64,000 nucleotides of DNA from Polyangiaceae bacterium (GTDB lineage Bacteria; Myxococcota_A; Polyangia; Polyangiales; Polyangiaceae), in contig JBILLK010000020.1 in the NCBI GenBank assembly GCA_044376115.1, forward strand, positions 138,777-202,776. The letters are read 5' to 3'. The notes under the pieces were generated by a model, which did no database searches, was not told the origin of the DNA, and saw only the letters and a program-made list of their open reading frames with translations. This document shows positions 27,613-36,036 of the stretch, in pieces (position 1 is the stretch's first letter; each line of letters opens with the position of its first letter). Position numbers and translations under genes: made by a program.

Positions 27613-28670
27613 AATAGCATTACATCTCCGGCGTCCGGGATGCCCGCCACCTTGGATTCCAGCGCGACGACCTCACCGGCGTTGACCGACCGGTATGAAG
27701 TCGCGGCCTTGAACGTACCAACAACGGCTGCGCCCTTTTCCGTGACCCGGGCCTCACCGGCACCAGAAACGGCGATGGCCGCCTCCACGCGGTTGGCCAT
27801 CTCGAGCACATCATTCTCGATAATGCGCAGACTCTGCGCGCATGGGTCTTGGAATTGCAGGTGCGACAGCGCATTCGCTGAGGCCCCAAGAATTGCCCGA
27901 AGGCGACTGTCCCCGCCTTGTAGTGCTCTATCCACTCTCGCCTTTAACTGCGCCGCTTCTGCATCGACGAGGTTCAGCTGCGCCTTCGTTTCCTCCGAAA
28001 AGCGCTGCGAACGTTCATGCAACTTTGACCCACCCGACTCAATCTCGGGCAACGCTTGGCATACCTCTTTAGCCACCTCAGCAACTAGTTTATTGGTGCC
28101 GTCTACCGCCTCTGTCAGGCGCTTCATCTCGGAGGAGATGACTCGAAACGCAGCCCCGTGTTCACCAAGGCGGCCCGATTCGATACTGGCGTTGAGTGAC
28201 AATAGTCGCGCGTCAAAACTCACGGCGGAGATCTGTTCACCGAGGTCGACGATCTTTGCGGAGAGCGACATTGCGCGCTCGGCAGCCGAGCGCTGATTTG
28301 CAATGAGTACCCCTACTTCGTCCAAGTATTGCTGAGTCGAGAGTGACTGCTCCGCAACGAGGCTAGCCACCCCCTTCGAGCCCGTACCGGCCAATGCTTC
28401 GAAGCCGGCCTTGGCATCCGCAACGTGAGCCCGCGCCTCGGTAACGATGCGCTCGAGCTCATCGGCTACTGCGGTTACTTCCCGTGCGGTCATTTCATTG
28501 ACCCGCCCGACTCGATTGGAGGTCGCGTCAATTACCGCCAAGAGAGTCTCGTGAGTAACCTCGGTCAAGGTGGGACCGCTCGGAAGCCTGGCGGCGGTCG
28601 TTGGCTTCCCCTCTACCCAGGCCAGGAGGGCCCGCAGCAAACGGGCAAGCCTTCGCCGAACGGGGCTCAT
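27609..28670 (-). CDS. Soluble methyl-accepting-chemotaxis-like protein with CheZ-like QFQDxxxQ segment
   Basis: Divergent hairpin tip LLSLNASIESGRLGEHGAAFRVISSEMKRL; LQFQDPCAQSL; no TM segment. Confidence 0.8.
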   Translation of the reverse strand: MSPVRRRLARLLRALLAWVEGKPTTAARLPSGPTLTEVTHETLLAVIDATSNRVGRVNEMTAREVTAVADELERIVTEARAHVADAKAGFEALAGTGSKGVASLVAEQSLSTQQYLDEVGVLIANQRSAAERAMSLSAKIVDLGEQISAVSFDARLLSLNASIESGRLGEHGAAFRVISSEMKRLTEAVDGTNKLVAEVAKEVCQALPEIESGGSKLHERSQRFSEETKAQLNLVDAEAAQLKARVDRALQGGDSRLRAILGASANALSHLQFQDPCAQSLRIIENDVLEMANRVEAAIAVSGAGEARVTEKGAAVVGTFKAATSYRSVNAGEVVALESKVAGIPDAGDVMLF

Positions 28671-28674
28671 ACCT

Positions 28675-29037
28675 CTAAGCAGCCAGCTTTTGGATGGCCG
28701 CTACCAACATGTTCGCCTTGAAGGGCTTGACCACCCAGCCTTTGGCCCCGGCGGCTTTTGCTCTCTGCATCATAGCCGGCTGCCCTTCTGTCGTTAGCAT
28801 CAATACGGGCAGGCCCAAGGAGGCTGGCTTGACCGCTTCCAACATCTCCAGACCGTTCATCTTCGGCATGTTGACGTCACAGATGACGGCCGCGATGTCC
28901 TTCATCGAGCGGATCTTATCGGCGCCATCGGCGCCATCGACCGCCTCCACCACGACAAAATTGGCTTGCTCCAAAGCCATCCTTACCTGCTGCCTCACTG
29001 TTGCTGAATCATCCACAACCAAGATCTTCTTACCCAT
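28675..29037 (-). CDS. cheY: Single-domain response regulator (CheY-like)
   Basis: ILVVDDS, CDVNMP, LTTE and KPF motifs. Confidence 0.92.
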   Translation of the reverse strand: MGKKILVVDDSATVRQQVRMALEQANFVVVEAVDGADGADKIRSMKDIAAVICDVNMPKMNGLEMLEAVKPASLGLPVLMLTTEGQPAMMQRAKAAGAKGWVVKPFKANMLVAAIQKLAA

Positions 29038-29069
29038 GACATGGCCGCCTTTCTCTGCCCGCTCTAGGG

Positions 29070-29585
29070 CTAAAACATCAACAGATCGCCCTCGGGAGCG
29101 ATCTCTCCACCCTCGTCTTCACCGAGAACCCAGACGAAGTCCGGGTCGATGCGAGCACTTACGTAGGTATCAACGCGACCTGCAGAGGTGGAGAAGCGAA
29201 AGGTTGATCGCTCGCCGTTCGTGGGATGTACCGTGAGCCTCTCGCCGGAGATCACAACGGGCGTTGCCATCTGCAGTTCAACCCCATACCGCAGCAGCCG
29301 ATTCTTCACTCGTCCAAGAGCTTGATTGGCGAGCTCGCCGCTCCAATCTCGAACCGCGCTTTCACTCGCACCGGTTGCGAGCGCCACTCGAGGCGCAAGC
29401 GCCAGGGTTAGCGTGCCCGAAGCCTGCGCCGAGGCGAACCCAATACTCGCGACGATCGTCGACGATTCTCGGTCCGGAACAGGCTCACCTGCCGCGTCCA
29501 CTGCCAATTCATAGACCTCGAGCAGCGCCTTCACACACTCTGGCACCACTTGGTCGCTGACTTCCCGCCACGTTTGCTCACTCAC
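29070..29585 (-). CDS. cheX: CheX-family phosphatase
   Basis: VASIGF, GELANQALG (ExxN) and MATPVVISG. Confidence 0.85.
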   Translation of the reverse strand: MSEQTWREVSDQVVPECVKALLEVYELAVDAAGEPVPDRESSTIVASIGFASAQASGTLTLALAPRVALATGASESAVRDWSGELANQALGRVKNRLLRYGVELQMATPVVISGERLTVHPTNGERSTFRFSTSAGRVDTYVSARIDPDFVWVLGEDEGGEIAPEGDLLMF

Positions 29586-29721
29586 GGTACTTCCTCATAT
29601 GCGCACCCCTGAGAACCAAACGGCTTTGTGCCCTCGACCTTGAGCATCATTCGCAGGTCCGCATTCCTACCCAGCGTGATCGTGGCGTGGGTCTGGCGTC
29701 GTGACTGTGGGCTTGCGAAAC

Positions 29722-30135
29722 CTATGCCGGGCGCAGTTGCTTACGAAGCTTCTTGAGAAACGTCTGCGTGCACTTACCGTGCGTCGCCTCGTAATCAACA
29801 ATCTCTCGGACCAGCTTTGCCTTTGCGTCGGGCGAGAGGGCTGCTGCTGCCACTTCTTTGGCTAGTGACTGGCCCTCGAACGTGCCCGGGCCCTCCACCT
29901 TGCCGGTGGCAGCTGGCTTTGTACCGCTAGCTCGCTGATGGTGGGATGGCTTTGTCTTAGTGACATCGCGCATCCCTGTATCCTCGGAGCGCCGGCCGCT
30001 GCCATGGCAAGCTGGGCACCTTGCGGTGTTGCCAAACGAGTTCTGCAGCCGCCCGTCACCTCCGCAGACAGCGCACGAGTCAGTAGACAATGGGCGCCTG
30101 AACTTCCAGGCGCGCGAAGAGTCCGCCAACGTCAC
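29722..30135 (-). CDS. Small protein with DnaJ-type zinc-finger repeats
   Basis: CAVCGGDG and CPACHGSG (two CxxCxGxG); no J domain; start uncertain. Confidence 0.72.
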   Translation of the reverse strand: MTLADSSRAWKFRRPLSTDSCAVCGGDGRLQNSFGNTARCPACHGSGRRSEDTGMRDVTKTKPSHHQRASGTKPAATGKVEGPGTFEGQSLAKEVAAAALSPDAKAKLVREIVDYEATHGKCTQTFLKKLRKQLRPA

Positions 30136-30276
30136 AAGGCTGGCAGAACTTAAACTGTATTTTCATTGGGCCTCCAAGAACGGCCCTTGAGACGGTACGT
30201 CCTCGGGTCACGCTATCGAGTCCGGTAGCACCGAGCAAGCTTCCTCTCTCCTCTGAACACCTTACGACGTCTGCAG

Positions 30277-31299
30277 CTAGGCTGGCTTTGCCGAGCTTTT
30301 GCCGACGACAGCCAACAGCACGATCGCCACAACGAGTAGCGCCGCTCCGGTGAGTTCGGCCACGGCTACTGGCTTACCGAGGCCTATGAGCCATAGGCCG
30401 AGAGAAGCGGTGATGCCCGCAAGCACGCTCGAGGCCCGGTTGACCGGGACACAGAAAGCGTTCTCACGACCGTCGAGGAGCACCAACGCACCAAAAACGC
30501 CAGTACCTTGTGAGAGCAGACCGATGAGCATCACCAGCGCTGCGCCACGGAGCCCCCCAAGAGCAAAAAATCCGTGCCGTACCTCGAGCGCCGCTTCGTT
30601 GGAGCCGAGGGCTGCCACCAAGATTAGAAACACGACAATCGCTGGGGTAGCGACCATCTGCTCCTCGACAAAGAACTTGCGGCCAAGGTCTCGATCGCTG
30701 GACTTTGCCTTGCCGCTCATTAGCCGCAGTCTCGCGAAATAGGCGGCTAGATAGATAACGACAATGATTGCCCCATCCAGGTCCATCGAGGCGCTCCCGC
30801 CACCGAGAGCAAGGGCTAGAGCAACCATGCTGAGCCCGAGGGCCAACCACGCTTGCCAACGCACCGTTCGCTTGGATAGAACGTCGACGATCGGCGCTAA
30901 CACCAAGACCCCGCCACGCATGAAGAGCATCATCACCAGGATCGAGGTGCCAGCAAGCGTATAGGACAACGTGGTTGTGGCGATGATCGCGGCCGTTGCC
31001 AACCCGCTCACCAAGGTGAACTTGGTTGGCGAAGGGAACTCGATCCCCCACAGCTTGCGCCGACTAGCGAAGCGCCAGTAGCGTTTGACCGTCAAGAACA
31101 CCAGCATGCCGACCATCGAGGCCACGGTGGACCAGGGCAAGATCTGCAAACCGCCTAGCTTGGGTACACCCGCCAACGTTCCGCTTGATACCGTCTTGGT
31201 CAGGGCGGTGTATGGCGCGTACGCAAGAAAGTACCCCGCTGCAAAAAGCCATATCGACGTGTGTGAATCGTCGCCATCAGCCTCGCGAGCCTTGGCCAC
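30277..31299 (-). CDS. Polytopic membrane protein, possibly DMT/EamA-like
   Basis: About 10 hydrophobic segments; follows the SDR gene by 11 nt. Confidence 0.65.
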   Translation of the reverse strand: MAKAREADGDDSHTSIWLFAAGYFLAYAPYTALTKTVSSGTLAGVPKLGGLQILPWSTVASMVGMLVFLTVKRYWRFASRRKLWGIEFPSPTKFTLVSGLATAAIIATTTLSYTLAGTSILVMMLFMRGGVLVLAPIVDVLSKRTVRWQAWLALGLSMVALALALGGGSASMDLDGAIIVVIYLAAYFARLRLMSGKAKSSDRDLGRKFFVEEQMVATPAIVVFLILVAALGSNEAALEVRHGFFALGGLRGAALVMLIGLLSQGTGVFGALVLLDGRENAFCVPVNRASSVLAGITASLGLWLIGLGKPVAVAELTGAALLVVAIVLLAVVGKSSAKPA

Positions 31300-31310
31300 G
31301 TTGCCCGCGT

Positions 31311-32090
31311 TCAGGAAGTCCGCCGATTGAGTGAAGCGGCAATGGCGGTTGTCATCGCCACGGGCGAGAGCTTTGAGGCTGAGGCAGCGAGCTTGTTCCG
31401 GATGCCGTGAACGATCATCGGCTTACCAGCCATCATTGCCTGATACGCTTCCAAGGCGATCGCGGCTGGCTCCGCAACGCCGCCAGACTTCTTGAACAAT
31501 GCGCTCTTGTCATTCCCAGCAATCGCGCTGAACTCTGTCGCGACCGGGCCGGGGCAACTGACGGTAGCGGTTACCCCTGTGCCCCGTAGCTCGAACGCCA
31601 AGGACTGGGTAAAGGAGTTAACGAAAGCCTTCGTAGCGTAATAAGTGGTCATCCAAGGACCGGGTTGAAACCCCGCCGTGGAGCCAATGTTTAATATCCT
31701 CCCGCGACCGCGAAGCACCATTGCGGGGAGGAGCCGCCTGGTAAGGTCTGTGAGCGCAGTAACGTTGAGCTCGACCATCCCGACCTCGCGCGCGGCGTCG
31801 TTCTCCCAGAACTTACCATTGGAGCCAAATCCGGCATTGTTGACTAGCACGTCGACTTCAACGTCAGCGATGGCCGCTAGCAGCGCGTCGCGCGCCCCTG
31901 CCTCCGCGAGATCGCAGGCAACGACGCGGGCGGACACACGGGAGGTCGACTCGAGTTCGCGTGCCAAGGCCTCAAGCTCGGGTCTTCGCCTCGCCACCAA
32001 AACAACGTTGTTTCCATCTTTGGCCAATAGCCGGGCGAGTTCTCGACCAATTCCAGAGGAAGCGCCAGTAACGAGTGCATAGCTGGTCAT
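31311..32090 (-). CDS. Short-chain dehydrogenase/reductase
   Basis: [12 protein letters not shown] and YYATK motifs. Confidence 0.95.
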   Translation of the reverse strand: MTSYALVTGASSGIGRELARLLAKDGNNVVLVARRRPELEALARELESTSRVSARVVACDLAEAGARDALLAAIADVEVDVLVNNAGFGSNGKFWENDAAREVGMVELNVTALTDLTRRLLPAMVLRGRGRILNIGSTAGFQPGPWMTTYYATKAFVNSFTQSLAFELRGTGVTATVSCPGPVATEFSAIAGNDKSALFKKSGGVAEPAAIALEAYQAMMAGKPMIVHGIRNKLAASASKLSPVAMTTAIAASLNRRTS

Positions 32091-32177
32091 GCCTCGACGG
32101 TAGCGCTGTCTACGCGCGAGCAGCTACCTTCTTTCTAGATAGGTTGTATGTTCGGCGTCCACGGTCTACGACGAGCC

Positions 32178-33191
32178 ATGCGACAAGTCTGGATCACGAA
32201 GACAGGTGCACCCGACGTTCTCAAGGTTCGCGAGAGTGCGGACCCAGAGGTTGGGCCCGGCCAAGTACGTATTCGTGTAAAGGCGGCCGGTATCAACTTT
32301 GCCGATCTGATGGCTCGGGTTGGGCTCTATCCAGACGCACCACCGGTCCCTTGCGTGGTGGGCTACGAGGTGAGCGGTTTGATTGACCAGGTCGGCTCCG
32401 GAGTGACAGGCATCGTCGAGGGTGAGCGCGTCTTTGGCATGCCCAAGTTTGGCGGATACACCGATACGCTGCTCATCGCGGCGGAGCAGGTTCAGAAGAT
32501 GCCAGACGGCATGAGCTTCGAAGAGGCGGCTGCGCTACCCGTAAACTACATCACGGCCCACACGATGATGTTTGTGCAAGGCACGGTTCGCCCGGGGTCC
32601 ACGATATTCATACATTCGGCAGCGGGCGGCGTTGGCATTGCCGCCATTCAGTTAGCAAAGACCCGCGGCTGCACCATCATCGGCACGGCCTCACCCCCAA
32701 AACACGCCTACTTACGAGCCCAGGGCGTTCACCACCCAATTGACTCCGCAGTAGATTGGGCGCCGCAACTCCGCGATATTGTGGGCGCGCGAGGTGTCGA
32801 TCTGATTCTGGATCCTGTGGGCGGCCCTTCCTGGAAGCGGGGCTATGATCTGCTGGCGCCTTGCGGAAGATTGGTTTGCTTCGGTCTTTCGGCGGCGGCA
32901 GCTGGCAACACCCGCAGCCTCTTTAATGCGCTGATGCAGGTTCTTCAGGTCAAGAAGTTCAGCCCACTGGACATGATGAGCGACAACCGAACCATATCGG
33001 GCTGCAATATGGGCCACCTGTTCTCTCACCTAGATTTGCTCACCCCCCAGTTCGGCGAGCTAATGAGGCTTTACAGTGAAGGCTTGATCAAGCCCCATGT
33101 GGACTCGAGCTTTTCGTTCGAGAACGCCCCCAAAGCGCATCAATTCATTCATGACCGCAAAGCGATTGGCAAGGTATTGCTCACCCCTTAG
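32178..33191 (+). CDS. MDR-family NADPH:quinone oxidoreductase (VAT-1-like)
   Basis: GINFADLMAR.GLY, GYEVSG, HSAAGGVG and GKVLL motifs. Confidence 0.92.
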   Translation: MRQVWITKTGAPDVLKVRESADPEVGPGQVRIRVKAAGINFADLMARVGLYPDAPPVPCVVGYEVSGLIDQVGSGVTGIVEGERVFGMPKFGGYTDTLLIAAEQVQKMPDGMSFEEAAALPVNYITAHTMMFVQGTVRPGSTIFIHSAAGGVGIAAIQLAKTRGCTIIGTASPPKHAYLRAQGVHHPIDSAVDWAPQLRDIVGARGVDLILDPVGGPSWKRGYDLLAPCGRLVCFGLSAAAAGNTRSLFNALMQVLQVKKFSPLDMMSDNRTISGCNMGHLFSHLDLLTPQFGELMRLYSEGLIKPHVDSSFSFENAPKAHQFIHDRKAIGKVLLTP

Positions 33192-33218
33192 TGCGCGACC
33201 GGCAATCAGCGTTGGTCC

Positions 33219-34511
33219 CTAAACAACGGCTGAGCTGTTCTCCGCGCGGAGGGCTCCAAGTATCTCCGCTTCGAGCTCATCAAGGGAGCTCGCTGCGAGC
33301 TTGGGGCCAGCGTAAAGCTGAAGGTGTAGCTCACCGCGAAAGCCAAACGCGACCACCAAGGGAACTGGGAGGTTCTGGGTCGTGGGACCGATGATGCGAA
33401 TACCGACGAGATCCTCCCCAAACGTTGCTAGCCCGTCGTCGATTCGGCCTACGTTGGTGATGACCACCCCGCGGGATAGGGGCAAATCAACGGCCACCAT
33501 CGTCAAAGGCCGCACGAGTTGACGCATTAGGGAATGCGGTAGAGCACCGCAGAGGAACTCGAGCAACAATACGAGGGCCGGACCTGAAAGCCGCTGCTTG
33601 TGCTGCGCGGTTTGGCCGGCGACCGCGCTCACCGTAGCTTCAAGGTGGTTAAGCGCGTCTCTTGCGACGATCACTGCCAGTACAGCCGATATGTTTGCGG
33701 CTACCAGCCGCGGCGACGCTGCGTACCTGCGTAGATCCATCGTATACGTGACGACGACTGGACCTGATTGCGAACGGGCACCCGCTGCTCGCGCCATCAC
33801 AGCGACCAGCAAATCGTTGATCGTCGCGCCCCCACAGCGCTTCCGTAGTTCATCAAGTTGAGCCCCTGAGACCACGATTGTGCGCCAGTTGGCTTGGCCG
33901 AGCTCGGATGCAGCGTAGCGCTTCGCTCGCGGCGCGGCGTGCCGCTGACGTAGGGGCTGGAGCGCCGTTATCACCGCGCTCCCCAGCGCAAGCGGCCAAT
34001 GAAACCAGCGCAGGCCATCGACTGTGCGCCAGAAGTCCCGCCGTGGTTCGACCGGCAGCGAGGGCTCACGGCCATACAGATATGCACTAAATACGTGACC
34101 AATGGCAGCTAAGCCTCCACCATCCACCGCCAGGTGCAGAACACTTACCAATAGCCGCACCTGCTGATCTTGCTCGAGCGCTACAACCCGAATCTGTCGT
34201 TGGCGCGCGGCCTCGACGGGCTCACGCAACCAATAGTCAGTGCGACCTTCGAGCTCGACCTTGTCCTCTATTATCAGTGCATCCGAAATCGGGGAGGTCA
34301 CGGGAACCCACTGATCGCTGCGGAATCTAGCTTCGTACCGGCACCCAAGGACTGGAAAGCATTGGATCGTACGAAGCAGGGCTTGAGTTAGCTGCCGCTC
34401 CGTAAAGGTACGTTGCACGTCGAGGACGACGTGCATGATGAGTTCACCGTAATGTGGCATGCCTGCAGCAAGACCAACGTCGAGGGTTTCTGCACGCAGC
34501 TCAGTGTTCAA
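33219..34511 (-). CDS. Stand-alone CoA-dependent acyltransferase (condensation / WS-DGAT-like fold)
   Basis: HLAVDG (HxxxDG), GATINDLLVA, MDLRRY and ITNVGRI; TTG start. Confidence 0.8.
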   Translation of the reverse strand: MNTELRAETLDVGLAAGMPHYGELIMHVVLDVQRTFTERQLTQALLRTIQCFPVLGCRYEARFRSDQWVPVTSPISDALIIEDKVELEGRTDYWLREPVEAARQRQIRVVALEQDQQVRLLVSVLHLAVDGGGLAAIGHVFSAYLYGREPSLPVEPRRDFWRTVDGLRWFHWPLALGSAVITALQPLRQRHAAPRAKRYAASELGQANWRTIVVSGAQLDELRKRCGGATINDLLVAVMARAAGARSQSGPVVVTYTMDLRRYAASPRLVAANISAVLAVIVARDALNHLEATVSAVAGQTAQHKQRLSGPALVLLLEFLCGALPHSLMRQLVRPLTMVAVDLPLSRGVVITNVGRIDDGLATFGEDLVGIRIIGPTTQNLPVPLVVAFGFRGELHLQLYAGPKLAASSLDELEAEILGALRAENSSAVV

Positions 34512-34619
34512 GCGGCAAGGCTAGCAAGCTGTGGAGCGAGTGAGCCAGGTTGAGCCTTCCACAGGGTGACATGTCGCAGTTTACCTGCCTCGCTTTGCGC
34601 AGCCCTCGGGTGGAAGCTA

Positions 34620-34636
34620 CTGGCACCGATGTTGCT
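34620..34636 (+). promoter_or_regulatory. Sigma54 (-24/-12) promoter
   Basis: CTGGCAC-CGATG-TTGCT matches the TGGCAC-N5-TTGCW consensus with exact spacing and lies directly upstream of ATG 34648. Confidence 0.75.
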
Positions 34637-34647
34637 CGGCGCAGAGC

Positions 34648-35547
34648 ATGCTCAAGCTCAAGCTCGCAACGGTTGTGGCAACAGGCGTTTTGGCATCGCT
34701 CGTTGGTTGTAGTGCGAAGATCACCAACAGCGCCTGCGAGTACAACGGCGAGAGCTACAACCTTGGGGAGACCTTCCCGGCAGCTGACGGTTGCAACACC
34801 TGCAGCTGCGACGAGCAAGGCGTGGCCTGTACTGAAATGGGTTGTAGCGCCTGTGAAGGCCCCGGGCCCGACTGTGGCGCTCCACCCCCTGGATGTACGG
34901 TTGAAACGCTGTGCACCGACGAAGGCGACTGGTCGTGTGAGCTGCGCTGTGATTGTGCGGAAGCACCGCCCATCGATTGCCAAGCCCCGCCCCCGGGTTG
35001 CTTTTACGATGGCCCCGTCTGCGTAGACGGCAATTGGTCCTGCGGTGACCTCATCTGTTCCGGCGGCTGCCAAGGCCCCGAGCCGGAGTGCCCTCAACCC
35101 GGAGCCCCTGGCTGCTTCTCCTACGCGACCTGCACTGAGTTCGGCTGGGAGTGTTTGACCCAATGCGACCCTTGCGCGGCAAAGCCTCCTGTCTGTCCCG
35201 AAGACCCGAACCCTGAGTGCTTTGTCTCTGCTGAGTGCATCGACACAGGTTGGGAGTGCATTAGCAGCTGCGGCCAGCCAAGCTGTGAGCGCCTCTACCC
35301 AGCTGGGTATGAATTACTGGTGCAAGCGGTCATCACCGAGTGTGGCTGCGTCAATCAAGCTCCTTGCGCGAGTGAGTGTGCTGGAACAGAGGCATGTGAG
35401 AGCTTCAACCCAGAAGGCGTTTGCGCAGAGTGCGTTCAAGATCAGGCGAGTAACGGTGGAACTTGCGTGGAGAACGCAGCCTTCGGCCCGCAGTGCCAAG
35501 GCGACATGGGCTGCTCGAGCTATGTCGATTGCATCCTGACGAATTGA
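34648..35547 (+). CDS. Cys-rich lipoprotein with VWC/pacifastin-like module and four 6-Cys repeats
   Basis: LVGC lipobox; CEYNG..Y..GETF...DGCNTCSC; repeated C..C..C..C..W.C..C modules. Confidence 0.85.
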   Translation: MLKLKLATVVATGVLASLVGCSAKITNSACEYNGESYNLGETFPAADGCNTCSCDEQGVACTEMGCSACEGPGPDCGAPPPGCTVETLCTDEGDWSCELRCDCAEAPPIDCQAPPPGCFYDGPVCVDGNWSCGDLICSGGCQGPEPECPQPGAPGCFSYATCTEFGWECLTQCDPCAAKPPVCPEDPNPECFVSAECIDTGWECISSCGQPSCERLYPAGYELLVQAVITECGCVNQAPCASECAGTEACESFNPEGVCAECVQDQASNGGTCVENAAFGPQCQGDMGCSSYVDCILTN

Positions 35548-35572
35548 ACGAGCAGCCAGCGCTCGTGGATCT

Positions 35573-35935
35573 TCAATAGCTATCCATGAGTGCGTCAGCC
35601 CGCATCGCCTCTGCCCCGGGAGGAGCCTCCAGCGCACAATCGAGCGCGAGCTTTGCACGCCGGAAGGCGCGGGCGCCAACCATCCGCCCCACCTCAACTC
35701 CGCGCCGAACAAAGACCAGAACCGGCTCCGGCTCGGGCGGAAGCTGGAAGTGCTCACGCAAAGCCACCGTGGATGGCGAGCCAACGACGTACACCGGAAC
35801 CTCCTCACGGTGCGCCGCCAATGAACGGATCACCTCGAGGTCCACGGTTTCGTCGGCTAGGCACAACACCGCAAGCCCAACTCGCGAGGAGCGAAGCAGT
35901 GCTTCTCCTTCGCTCAAAACGGTGAACCCAGTCAT
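35573..35935 (-). CDS. Small thioredoxin-fold-like protein lacking CxxC
   Basis: PVLVFVRRGVEVGRMVG resembles a Trx C-terminus; GGAGG SD before ATG 35935. Confidence 0.55.
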   Translation of the reverse strand: MTGFTVLSEGEALLRSSRVGLAVLCLADETVDLEVIRSLAAHREEVPVYVVGSPSTVALREHFQLPPEPEPVLVFVRRGVEVGRMVGARAFRRAKLALDCALEAPPGAEAMRADALMDSY

Positions 35936-36036
35936 ACGCGCCTCCACTTCTGTCGGAGAGCTACGCAGCGCGAATCGCTTGGTTTCGCGATTTAGCGTCT
36001 CATGCCGATTCGAGTGATGCGCTTGGTTACATGGGC

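Noticed and set aside
29586..30276. tRNA, riboswitch or dif site in the larger intergenic gaps
   Set aside because: No T-loop/cloverleaf, known riboswitch core or XerC/D arms recognised by eye; an Infernal/Rfam scan would be decisive.
33219..34511. NRPS biosynthetic cluster
   Set aside because: Only a lone condensation-like domain; no A, PCP or TE domains in the window.
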